Below are positions 43,374-54,398 of a stretch of DNA of 64,000 nucleotides, in pieces. Location: contig CAWJTV010000029.1 of assembly GCA_963845755.1 (NCBI GenBank), positions 396,273 through 460,272 of the forward strand, given 5' to 3'. The stretch's first letter is position 1. Each line of letters opens with the position of its first letter. The DNA comes from an uncultured Planctomycetota bacterium (GTDB taxonomy: Bacteria > Planctomycetota > Planctomycetia > Isosphaerales > Isosphaeraceae). The notes beneath the pieces are model-generated. The model was not told the origin of the DNA and did no database searches. It saw only the letters and a list, made by a program, of their open reading frames with translations. Made by a program: the position numbers and the translations under genes.

Positions 43374-44102
43374 ATGCGTACGCTCGTGCTCCTCGGTTGG
43401 TTGATGGTTCCTGTGCTCTTCGGCGCGTATCACTACGGGCCGGGCCAGGAGAAATTGCGGCTGGACGACGTCTCGCGAGTCCTGGCCGACGCCGATCGGC
43501 TGGCGGCCGGGGAGAAATGGGAGCCGGCATTGACCCGGTACGACGATGCCCTCAAGCTGCTGCCCGAAGGCCGCGTTGACGAATCCCGTCGCATCCGCCT
43601 CCAGCGCGCCAAGGTCCAGATGTTCGCCCACCAGTTGCCCGAGGCCAACGTGGCCCTGCGGGAACTGGTCGACCAGGTGGAAGACGACAAGACCGCCGAT
43701 CCCAAGGTCAGGGACGAGGCGCGAGACCCTGGCCAACGCCCAGTATTACATGACATGGCTCATGCGGCTGGAGGGCCTGGGCGCCCAGGAGTGGGAGCCC
43801 GAGATCGAAAGCCCCGCCAGACCTACCGCCTGCTTGCCGAGAAGTCCGAGGCCGCCGGCGATCAGGGATCCGCCCGCAAGCACCGCGAGGACCTCGAAAG
43901 CGCCATCCGGCTCGAACGCATGGAGCTCGCCGAATTGCAAGGACTCGATATCCCGGCACAGTGCTCCTGCTGCAAGAGCGGCCAGTGCAAGAAGCCGGGC
44001 AAGAAGCCAGGGAAGAAGCCCGGTGGTGAGAAGAAACAGGAAGAGAAGAAGGACGCCCGCAAAGCCGGGATGGGCCCGCCTCCGGATAATTCGGGATCGT
44101 GA
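43374..44102 (+). CDS. TPR-like membrane-anchored protein with Cys/Lys-rich tail (BatC-like position; compensating frameshifts)
   Basis: N-terminal TM, helical repeats, tail QCSCCKSGQCKKPGKKPGKKPG. Confidence 0.7.
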   Translation: MRTLVLLGWLMVPVLFGAYHYGPGQEKLRLDDVSRVLADADRLAAGEKWEPALTRYDDALKLLPEGRVDESRRIRLQRAKVQMFAHQLPEANVALRELVDQVEDDKTADPKVRDEARDPGQRPVLHDMAHAAGGPGRPGVGARDRKPRQTYRLLAEKSEAAGDQGSARKHREDLESAIRLERMELAELQGLDIPAQCSCCKSGQCKKPGKKPGKKPGGEKKQEEKKDARKAGMGPPPDNSGS

Positions 44103-44153
44103 GTGTTTCCTGATGGCGAGCGGCCAGCGATCGATCGACCTTCGATTGACTCG

Positions 44154-44203
44154 TTGGAGTCCCGCCTCCCGGCGGCAAAGCGCGGCGGAAGCCGGGACTC
44201 CAA
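44154..44203. repeat. REP-like palindrome TTGGAGTCCCG...CGGGACTCCAA
   Basis: 11-bp perfect outer stem. Confidence 0.7.
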
Positions 44204-44288
44204 CCCGTTCGAACTCGCGGCGGCATCGGCATTGGCATTGGCCACGAGTCGTTCGTCACTTCGACGTCACATCAAGCAGAGCACCACC

Positions 44289-47200
44289 ATGCACATCGCT
44301 GGCCGACTGACCGCCCTTGCGTTCGGATCAATCGTGATCGTCATTTTCGGGACGGCGCGCGGACAGCGCCCGCCCCGTCCGCATCGGCAACGCCGGCACC
44401 CGCGGCCACGGCCAAGTCTTCGGCGACAGTGCAGGTCAAATCGTCCCCAACTGTGACCGCGAAAGGCGCCCTGGCGGACCTCCCCGCGGACGTGTTTGCC
44501 AATCCTACGGCCGTCGCCGGCCAGCCGGGGCAACCCGACCCGGCCCAGGCCAAGAAGCAGGAGCGATTGCAGAAGATCCAGCAGTTGACGTTCGATCGTC
44601 GCGCTTCGGCGATCCTCAAGGCCTGGTCCACGTCGAAAGAGGAAGCCATCAAGCAGCCCGCCAACGGTGCAAACCAGGCCGTGCCGCAAATGCCCACGAG
44701 GGCCGTTCGGACCACGCCGCAAGGGGGCAGTCAACACCGTGGTCGCGGCGCCCAACATGAACATGAACGTGGCGGTGCCCGGATCGACGCCGGCTCAAGG
44801 CGCGAACCCCCAACCCGACCCGTTCGACCAGGAGCTCAGGGGGTTCCAGTACGACGTCACCCTGAGTCGCTGGGCCGACGTCACCGCGTTCCTCGCCCGG
44901 CTCCCGGAGGATGAAAGCAAGGCCGCGTACGAGCACCTGATCCAGGCGCTGGGCCTGCCGCCCGGCATGCAGAACAATCCCCAGATGCAAATGCAGATGC
45001 AAATGCAGATGCAAATGCAGCAAATGCAGATGAACATGGGGATGCCGATGGGCGTCAACACGACCGCGCCGCCGAACCCTCAGCAATTCATGATGGAGCA
45101 GAACGTCTTCTCGAACCAGGACGTCCTCGCCCTGGCGAAGGCCGCCCCCCACGGCCTGGACCAGGGCCCGCTGGACGGCCTGGGACGGATCCTCCGCCTG
45201 GCGCTCGATCAAGGCAACGTGATCGAGGACTTCCTGGCGAAGCTCCGAGCGGCCGTAAAGCTCCCGGCCAAGGAAGCACCCCTGACCGATCGACAGGCGG
45301 CCAAGCTGCTGATCGCGGCCGACTGCACCATCGAAGCCGGCGAGTTCCTCCCCGGCGCCGATAAGGCCGAGGCCGACAGCGACCGCGAAGCCCTGAATCT
45401 CCTGGCCCGCCACTATCTCGCACTCTTCACCCGCGACAAGAAGACGGCGCATCTGGAGTCGGCGTGGAAGGTCACCCAGGCGGCCCTGGCGGCGGGCAAG
45501 ATCGAGCCCGCCCAGAAGGAGGAGGCGATCCGTCGCGCCGTCGAGTTGACCCCCAAGATCCGCGAGGCGCTCGGCCGCGCCTGGCTCGAGGAGAGCTTCA
45601 CCAGCCGGCCCGAGCGCGGCATGGAGATCCTCGCGACCATCGGCACCACCTCGGCCCAGGGCATCCCCATGCACGCCTTCGATAGCGACTTCCGCCTCAA
45701 GTCGCTGGGACTCCAGAAGCTCGCCGTCGAGGCCCTGCTCCGCAAGGCCCCCCAGCTCGGGAAGGACTGGGCCAAGACCGTCGCCCTCCTGGCGAACTCC
45801 TGGCTGCACGAGGCCGAGTTCTCGTATCACTACGACTACTCGACCAGCCTCGGCCCGCGCATGTATTACGACAACTTCGGCAACGTCTTCTATAACAACT
45901 ACAATCCGTTCGACCAGAACATGATGATGCGTCAGCGCGGCGGCATGCCCATGGCGCTGAAGGTCGCCGACGTCGTCAAGGAACGGCCCGGCGACGCCTG
46001 GATGGCCTTCGTCGACGAGGGGATCAAGCCCAAGTTCGCCACGATCTTCGCCAAGCTCTACCTGAAGGTCAACGAGGAGGACGAGGCGTTCCCCTATATC
46101 GAAGAGCTCGCCCGGACCAACCCGCGCGAGGCCAAGAACCTTGCCGAGGAGTTCGTCCGGGTCTGGACGAAGAACCACAATCCTAACTCTCAGCAACTGC
46201 GCCGCAGCCGGTTCTTCTACGTCTACGGGTTCGAGAACCGGGCCGAGGGGATCCCCCTGACCCGCTCCAAGCAGGAGCGCAACCTCACCGAGCTGGCCGG
46301 GCTGGTCAAGAAGCTCCGTGCGTTGCCGATCGGCGAGGTCGACGAAAAGCTGCTCACGGAAGCGTTCACCGCCTGCCATAGCTCGGCCGAAGTCTACCGC
46401 CTCGACGCGATCGAGAAGGTTTTCGGCTCGTTCGACGCCCTCAAGCCGGCCACCCTGGCCGAGCTGATCCAGCAGATGCGCGGCAACCTGCTGGGGGTCT
46501 GGCGGCAGCCGGCCGAACAGGAGAAGAACAAGACCAAGCGGCGCGAGAAGGACATCCGCGCCGAGGTGTTCCGTGGCTACGAGGTCGCCCAGTCGGTCAT
46601 CGACCGCGGCCTGTCGCGGCATCCCGACCACTGGGCGCTGGTCCTGGCCCGGGCCACCATGTTGCACGACGAGAACAACTACCGCCAGGAGATCGAGCGC
46701 TCGGCCGAGTTCGCCCCGCGGCGGCAGCGGGCCTTCGCCGAATTCCGGCGCACCGCCCAGCTCTACGCCGCCGCCGTGCCCGGCATGGACCAGAATGACG
46801 AGACGACGCAGGTGTTCGACTTCTGGTACTGCGCCGGACTGGGTGCCTGCGACCCCCAGGCCATCACCGAGGAGACGATCGCCGACACCCGCCAGCCGAA
46901 ATTGATCCGCGAGGCGCTCCTGGCCATCACGGGAGAGGCCGGCGAGCGGCACATGAGCAAGTTCGCCAACGCCCTCTTCGTGCGCCTGAGCCAGGTCAAG
47001 CCCTCGATCAAGTATCGTTATCTCAAGGCGGGCATCGACGTCGTCGGCGACCACCCGCAGGCTTTCGAGGCGCGCAAGGTCTTCGACTACTACAAGGACC
47101 TGGTGACCGAGATCAAGCTCGAGACGAAGGTTGACGGAGCAGACACCGTCGGCCACGAGAAACCCTTCGGCGTGTTCGTCAACCTGCTCCACACCCGCGA

Positions 47201-48293
47201 GATCGAGCGCGAGTCGGGCGGCTTCGGCCGGTATCTCCAGAACCAGAACAACAATAACAATTACTATTACTACAACTTCGGCCGGCCGATGGAGAACTAC
47301 CGCGACAAGTTCTCCGACGCCGCCAAGCAGGCGTTGCAGGAGCACTTCGAGGTCATCTCGGTCACCTTCCAGGACGAGAAGGTCAACTCGAAGGCCACGA
47401 GCGACTACGGATGGCGCGTGACGCCCTATGCCTATCTGCTGCTCAAGGCCCGTGGCCCGAAGATCGACAAGATCCCGCCGCTCCGGCTGGACCTCGATTT
47501 CATGGACACCTCGGGTTACGTGGTCTTGCCCGTCGAATCGCCGACGATCCCCGTGGACGCGGCGCCGGCCAGCGGACCCGTCCACCCCTTCGAGAAACTC
47601 CAGATCACCCAGACGCTCGACGAACGGCAGGCCCAGGACGGCAAGCTGATCCTCGAGATCAAGGGGGTTGCGCGCGGCCTGGTGCCCGACCTCGATGAGA
47701 TCCTCGCGCTCGACCACGCGGGCTTCCAGGTCGAGAAGGTCGACGACCAGGGACTCTCGGTCTCGAAGTTCGATCCCGACAGTGAAGCCACCATGATCGA
47801 CTCGGACCGAACGTGGCTGGTCTCCTACCGCGCCGCCGCGGACCAGCCCAAACCGCCCGCGACGTTCCGATTCGCCTCCGCCAAGGTTGACGGCGCCGAG
47901 ATGACTTATCAGCGATATGTCGATGCCGACCTGGCCAAGGTCGGGCCGGAGGTCGCGCTGGAAGAGCGGTACGAGCAGCCGAAGTATGCCTGGCTCTGGT
48001 GGGTTGGCGGCGGATTGCTAGGTCTGGCGTTCCTGGCGGTCGCGATTTGGACGATCCGGTCCCGGCCCAAGAAGGCCGCCGCCCAGCGTTACCGGATGCC
48101 CGAGCTGGTCACGCCTTTCTCGGTGCTCGGCCTCCTGCGCGAGATCCACCAGAACAACGGGCTCCCCGCGACTCAGTTGCAGGAGCTGGCCGGCTCAATC
48201 GATCGGGTCGAGCGCCACTACTTCGCCGAGACCGACGGCGAACCCGTCGACCTGCACCAGCTTGCCGAGACCTGGATCCGCCGGGCGTCGTGA
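44289..48293 (+). CDS. Large (~1300 aa) exported, C-terminally anchored protein of the Bat-type operon (5' frameshifts)
   Basis: Signal-like start at 44289; long ORF with typical codon bias; TM WLWWVGGGLLGLAFLAVAIW near the C-terminus. Confidence 0.8.
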
Positions 48294-48365
48294 GAGACAT
48301 GCGCGTGTCTGCATATCATCGTGACTGCTTTTCGGCCTGATTCGCTTCAGCGAGGGGGTAATCCC

Positions 48366-48617
48366 ATGTCCGTTGCCCCGATTGACCCACTCCCCGTCGA
48401 TGTTCAGGAGACGCTGGTTCGCCTCGCGGATTCCGCCGGCATCGCGCCGGTTGATGTGCTTCCTGAGGCACTCAACCGCTATGCCTGCGAGCTGGAGTAC
48501 CGGCAGGCCGCTGAGCGAGCCGAGGGGATCACTCCTCGTGCGGACGAGCTCAAGATGATCTTGGCTCGCAATCCCCGTCCCTCCACCTGGCATGACTCCG
48601 ATGAGCCGTTGTTCTGA
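48366..48617 (+). CDS. Small putative antitoxin (RHH-like)
   Basis: LPVDVQETLVRLADSAGIAPVDVLPEAL; directly upstream of a MazF-like fragment; paralog at 57159. Confidence 0.5.
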   Translation: MSVAPIDPLPVDVQETLVRLADSAGIAPVDVLPEALNRYACELEYRQAAERAEGITPRADELKMILARNPRPSTWHDSDEPLF

Positions 48618-48626
48618 GGGATCCTC

Positions 48627-48770
48627 GTGACGCGACACTACGGCCAGATCGTGATCGTCTCGGAGATGCCCGATCCTAATGAGGTCAATCCCAAGGACCG
48701 TCCCTCGGTCGTGGTCACTCCGACAGATGAAATCGACCCCGATGGCCCGATCGTTGTAACCTCATTGTAA
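48627..48770 (+). pseudogene. Truncated PemK/MazF-like toxin
   Basis: Manual translation MTRHYGQIVIVSEMPDPNEVNPKDRPSVVVTPTDEIDPDGPIVVTSL*; GxIV...P...K.RPxVVV motif; only 47 aa. Confidence 0.6.
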
Positions 48771-48821
48771 GGTGAACGATCCGAAGATGAGATACGAACT
48801 TGACCCTCGAGAGCAGGCCCC

Positions 48822-49295
48822 TTGTCCTCCGACGATCCAAACGCCGCCGACTCACCGATTTCGGCCATCGATCCCGCAGCCTCCCGGCTGATCTTCCTGA
48901 TGATGCTGGGCCTGCTCGCGGGCGGTTTCGTGGCGTTCCGCTTCCTGAGCAAACCACCGCCTCCGCCTCCGCCCGAGGTCGCCAGCGACCCGCTGCTGAC
49001 CCAGGGCCGCACGATCTTCTTGAACCGTTGCGCGACCTGCCACGGCAACGAGGGCCGCGGGGACGGCCCGATCGCCGGCAACCTGCTGGGGCCGCCGGTC
49101 GGCAACCTCACCGACGACCAGTGGAAGCACGGCGACCGGCCGGACCAGGTCGTGAACGTGATCGGCCAAGGCGTGCCGAACACGCGCATGGAAGGCTGGA
49201 GTCGCGTCCTCGATCCGCCCGAACTCAAGGCTGTCGCCGCGTATGTCTACTACCTGGCCGGACGGTCGGCCCCCGAGGAACTACGGAAGCCTTGA
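48822..49295 (+). CDS. Membrane-anchored cytochrome c
   Basis: TM, CATCH haem motif, GVPNTRMEGW. Confidence 0.9.
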   Translation: MSSDDPNAADSPISAIDPAASRLIFLMMLGLLAGGFVAFRFLSKPPPPPPPEVASDPLLTQGRTIFLNRCATCHGNEGRGDGPIAGNLLGPPVGNLTDDQWKHGDRPDQVVNVIGQGVPNTRMEGWSRVLDPPELKAVAAYVYYLAGRSAPEELRKP

Positions 49296-49334
49296 ACTGG
49301 GGAGGGTGCAAGCTCGTGGATCGATCCTCCCCGT

Positions 49335-49766
49335 TCACCCCGCGTTCTCATGGTGGATGACAGCGTCGGCCTCGATCTCGATCAGGGCTTCCGGATCGAT
49401 CAGCCGGGCGACCTGCACCATCGTGGTCGCGGGCCGGATCGATTCGAAGAACTCGTGATGGATCTCAGCGACCTCGCGCCACTGGTCGATATCGGTGACG
49501 TAGATCCGCGTCCGGACGACATCCGTGGCCTTGCCACCCAGGGCTTCGATCGCGGCAATGATGATCTCGAGCGCACGCCGGGCCTGTGCCTTGACGGTCG
49601 CCCCGAACCGGCCGTCGGGCTCCAGGCCCACCGTCCCCGTCACGAAGATGAAATCCCCCGCGCGGACGGCGCGCGAATAGCCGACCACAGGCTCCCAGGG
49701 CGAGCCCGTCAACGCGTACTTCCGCCCGTTCCGCTCGGTGACCGACAGTTTCACGTGGGGAGTCAT
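49335..49766 (-). CDS. RidA/YjgF family protein
   Basis: WEPVVGYSRAVR, DVVRTRIYV, RPATTMVQV, IEIEADA. Confidence 0.92.
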   Translation of the reverse strand: MTPHVKLSVTERNGRKYALTGSPWEPVVGYSRAVRAGDFIFVTGTVGLEPDGRFGATVKAQARRALEIIIAAIEALGGKATDVVRTRIYVTDIDQWREVAEIHHEFFESIRPATTMVQVARLIDPEALIEIEADAVIHHENAG

Positions 49767-49890
49767 GATCGGCTCTTCTCGATCCGAGACCATCTGGGCG
49801 GCGAATCGGTTACGATCGCTTGGAGATCCTGGAGCAGCCGTGTGCCATCTTTCGAGGTACAGCGTCCGCTGTCAAGGGACGGTCAGACAC

Positions 49891-50001
49891 ATGATGGAAA
49901 AGGTCGTGAAGGTTTTCCGGTCCTTCGAGGAGAGCGATCGCGCGGATCGGGGGTCCGATCGTAACCTGACTCCCCGGCAACTCGCCAGCTTTGATGAATG
50001 A
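49891..50001 (+). pseudogene. Truncated copy of the small gene at 56518
   Basis: MEKVVKVFRSFEESDRADR is identical in both copies; ~95 bp of DNA similarity. Confidence 0.75.
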
Positions 50002-50054
50002 TAATGATATTCTGACACTCCTCGCTCATCACGACCTCGGTTCGACAGAGTTCT

Positions 50055-50473
50055 CTACGCCAACGGCGTTGCACAGCAAAGCCCAGGGTCGCCGCAGGCG
50101 CACCCTGGGAACGTCGAGTCGCCACCGAGTTCCGGTTTCCCTCTCCTCCGGCGCACCCCAACGGGGTTTCCCCAGCCCGACACTCCGGTGCGCCTGGGGA
50201 GGAAGTTCCCGACCCAGGGTGCGCCTGCGGCGACCCTGGGCTTTGCTCTTAACGCCTTGGACCGCTGACGAAACAACTTCCCGAAAACCCGCTGGTAAGT
50301 ACGAGTCTGTCCTGGAAGCCTCAATGGCCGTCTCGTAGGGTGCTCTGTGAGCACCGAATTCGGCAAAGTACACCGGATCGGTGCTCACAGAGCACCCTAC
50401 AAAGACCTTCCGAGATAGTCACTAAGTACCTCCGGAATCCGGGAAGTTATTTCGTCGGCATTCCTTGGCGTAA
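50055..50473. mobile_element. Three-level nested REP/MITE structure
   Basis: Outer palindrome arms 50055-50109 and 50213-50260 + 50469-50473; middle element 50261-50462 flanked by CCTTGG; inner element 50303-50422 flanked by TAAGTAC. Confidence 0.8.
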
Positions 50474-50600
50474 GGGTTGCCGCGGAATCCCGCTCGTCGG
50501 TTCATGAACCGAGTGGTGTTCGGCGAGAAGTGTCGATATTCTGCGGATCGGCTCAACCTCGGCGGGAGTCTACACGGCCGGGCTCACCGCCCATCCGCCA

Positions 50601-53600
50601 TCACGGCTCAGCCCCACCCCCAATCGGGTCACCCGGTGGGCTCGGAGGGGGCTCGGCGCGCTGGTGGGTCGGGTCGGGGCGATTGAGAAACCGGCGGATC
50701 TCCTGTACGACGGCCCAGCCATGATGGTCTGACTGGGACGGAACACCGCCTTCGCGCAATGCGCGGGCCTGGATTCGCCGGGTGAGAGAATCGAGCGCGA
50801 ACGAGGCCACAACCCGGACGCTCGGAGCGGCCGTCTCGTCGGAGGCCAGACCGATCAGGCGCGTGACGACGAGCCACTGCACCGCCCGCGTGACGGCCCC
50901 CGTGCGGCCATCGCCCGGGGCGGCGTCCCAGGTCTTCTTGATGAGCGCGGAGACCACGTCGTCGATGCCGGGAGCCCTCGGATCCCGGGCGTGCGACTCG
51001 GCCAGCCGCGCGGCCCGCTGGGGGTCGAGCAGGCCGCTCACGGCGAGGTCGGCCGCGGTGACGGCAGCGGCCACCGGGTCGAAGACGAGGCCGGTCTTTC
51101 CCGCGAATCGCTCCGAGGTACCCTCGGGGCGGTTAAAGGCCTGGGGAGGGATCAGGTCGAGCAGACGGTCAGGGAGGACGAGCACTTTCGGGTCGAGGGT
51201 TTCCAGCACCGCATCGAGTGCGTCACGCTGGCGGTCGGCCGGCTCGACAACCGCGATCGACGACGGTCGGACCGCATTGCCGTCCTTCACGGCGTACGAG
51301 TACCGGACGCCCCCGAGCGTCTTCACGGCCGCCTGGAGCTGGTACCGGTGGTGAAGGAAGAGGGGGAGAAGTTTGGCTTCGAGGTCGGACAGGGCGCCCC
51401 GTCCGGTAGCTGGTCGACACCGAATCGTTCGAGGCCGATCGCCCGCACCTTCATCTCGTGGCGAAGCGAGGCAATCGGGTCGTCGCCGTTGTCCCAAAGG
51501 TTGGCCAACGGGTGCGCAGGCGCCCGCGGGGCGGGCATCGCTGTCGGACAGGAACAGGAGGCCGTCGGAATCGCCTTTGCGGACGATCTCCCGGAGCGCC
51601 TTGGACTCGTCGATCCCGGCGGGGAACTGGGCATAGGCGTAGCGGACGGCCATCACGTCGTAGGCCCCGATGCCTTTCGCGTAAGCGTCGGACAGGTCGA
51701 GCGTCTTGCCGTCTCGGATCTTCACGAGGGGCGATGGGTAGTCCATCACGGAGGCCCGGCCACAGGCGCTGGCGGCGAAGTTGTGGGCGAGGCCGAGGGT
51801 GTGACCGACCTCGTGCGCCGAGAGCTGCCTGACGCGCTCCAGGACCATCGCCGCGGGCTCGGCCGATGGGTCCAGCCAGGCCAGGTGCTCGGAGTCCGGC
51901 CCGGCTCCCGCGGCGCAGGCGCCTCGGGGAGGCTCGACCGGCCGTAGCCCGGTCGCGATCAGATGATCCTGACGGGCACGCAAGGAGTCGAGCGTCACAC
52001 GTCCCTTGAGGATCTCACCGGTCCTCGGGTCGACGACGCACGAGCCGTACGACCAGCCGCGCGTGAACCGGTGGACCCACTGGATCACGTTGTACCGGAG
52101 ATCCATCGGGTCCGCATCATCGGGCAAGACCTCGACTCGGAAGGCGTCCTTGAAGCCCGCCGCCTCGAACGCCCTCGCCCACCACGATGCCCCCTCCACC
52201 AGGGCCGACCGCACCGGTTCCGGCGCGGCCGGGTCGACGTAGTACACGATCGGTTCGACCGGCTCCGAGACCTCCGCCTTCGGGTCCTTCTTGGTGAGTC
52301 GGTGCCGGGCGATGAATTGCCGCTCGACCGGTTCGGTGAACGGGGTGGCAAAATCATAGTAATCGACGGTGAAGATACCGACCCTGGGGTCGGCCCGTCT
52401 GGGCGTGAACCCCGAATTCAGGTCCGGTAATTCCACCAGCGAATGTCTCTGGCGGACGGTGATCGCATTGGGATCCGGCGCCGTCTCGGCAACGAACCGG
52501 CCGGTCACGCCGTCCGTGACGAACGTCAAGAGCGCCTCCACCTCCACATTCTTCGGGAACCCTTTCGTCCGCCCGGCATCCAATGCGCTCCGGAGGTCGT
52601 CTAGCCGGTAGGATCCCTGATTCGTCTGGCGCAGTCGCCCGGCGACACCATGTGCGTCGCGAAGGAAGAACGCGGTCGCGTCGACGAGCCGCCTTGCCTC
52701 CTTCCTCGGCTTCGACCTTGAATCCCCAGTGCACCGACTGCGCGAACGAGTCGTTGACCGCCCGCCGTTCCGCCGCCCGGTCGGTCACCGCCCGGTACTT
52801 ATAGTTCGTCTCGACCAGCAAGATCTTCGGCCCGACTCGGCGGAACATCACCACTCGGGACCCGCCGAGCTGCCCTCGGTCGAGGCCAACCGAATTCGAC
52901 CCGAGCCCGCTCGCCAGCGCGATCTGATACAAGAATTCCCGGTCAAGTCGCGAGATCTCCATCCAGAGCTTGCCCTGTCGCTCGTCCCAGTACAGCGGGA
53001 TGAACCCGTCGATCTTGCGGAGGCCTTTCGTCTTCGCCGCGATCGGAGCCGCGGCGTCGCGCGTCTCCTCCTTCGAAGGCGACGCAGCAGCGGGAACGTC
53101 GGCCTTCTTCGGCAGCCGGTCCTTCGCAAGGCGCAGGGCCATCGAACCCGCGACCGTGACGACATCATACGTCCCCTGGTAGCCGATCAAGAGATGTGCA
53201 GCCCAGGGCTCCATACCGTAGTCCTTGGCGAGCCAGCCGGCCATGTCGCTCGTGGCTATTTTGAGGCCGTTATCGAGGGCACTGGCGAATTCGGGCTGCG
53301 ACCCGATGCTGATGATCTCGTCGGACGTCTCGACCCTCGGCCCGGTCAGATTGGCCTTCTTCTTGAGCTCGACGACGAACTCCACATCCATCGAGGTCTC
53401 GATCCCTGTCCCCGTCGGCTCGCCATCGGCCTGCAAGGCATGGCCGTCGCCCAGGAAGAGCAGCCCACCGGGGTGATAGATCGGGAACGAGACCGTCGCC
53501 CCCTCACCGATCTTGTTGTAATCGAGATTCCCACCGTAGGGCCCCGACGGCCCCGACGTCGGCGCAAAATCGCCCGCCGGCGCCACGCCGATGCAGCCGA

Positions 53601-54117
53601 GCATCGGCCTGGCGGGGAACTCCAACGGATGAACCTGACTCTTGGGCGTCCGGAGTCGGACCGTATTCGCCTTGCGGTCGATGTCCCAGGGCACGATCGT
53701 CGATCGGCCCTTGATGACAAGGTCGGGGTGGACATCGTTCGGGTAGACATGCTCGACGACCTCGGGTGTCAGCGAGAAGAGGCCAAGGCGATAGGCGGAC
53801 CATCCCCAATCGCGGTTCAGTCGAACCTTTTTCAGCCGGACCACGAGCGCATCCCCCGGCTCGGCCCCTTCGACGAAGAAGGGTCCGGTCAGCGGGTTGA
53901 ATGGCTCTGACCGCTTCTCGTCCTTCTCGTCCAGCCCGGCCGAGTCGATCGTCTTCGTCACGACCACCTCACCGGGTCGGATCCGCTTCAGGACCGGGTG
54001 GGAATGGGAGAACGTGCGGAAGTAGGTGGTCGCGACGATGCGAGTCGGTTCATCGGCCGCGAAGGACGTCGCGACGGTGACGAGCGACACGGCGACGGCA
54101 AGGGCGATTCGATGCAT
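50601..54117 (-). CDS. Secreted acetamidase/formamidase-domain + EcxA-type (DUF5117/DUF4953) zinc metalloprotease fusion (frameshifts)
   Basis: Signal peptide; [32 protein letters not shown]; continues in frame into [11 protein letters not shown]...; [13 protein letters not shown] and SVMDY. Confidence 0.85.
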
Positions 54118-54398
54118 TTCGACGGGTCCTGAACGAAGGGCCTTGAAGCAGGAAAGAAGGGGCAGCCGGGCAGACCCAGGTCCACGGATCGAGCGCAACC
54201 GCAATGCCTTCGTGGCTCGGGGCTGATGCTTCCCGGTCGCCAATATAGACCAGGAATCGCGCGTTCGACAGAGCCGAGGCTATCGCGTCCTGCCGATTCC
54301 CGCCCTGCGAAGGGAAGCCAGGCCCCGACGGGCAAGCACGGCGATTCGTGCGATGAGGTCGCGGCCGTACTCCGGCAGGAGCGCCTTACATTTGCAAG

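Noticed and set aside
44649..47717. 1022-aa minus-strand ORF and similar long antisense ORFs
   Set aside because: These are shadow frames of high-GC genes with no recognisable motifs.
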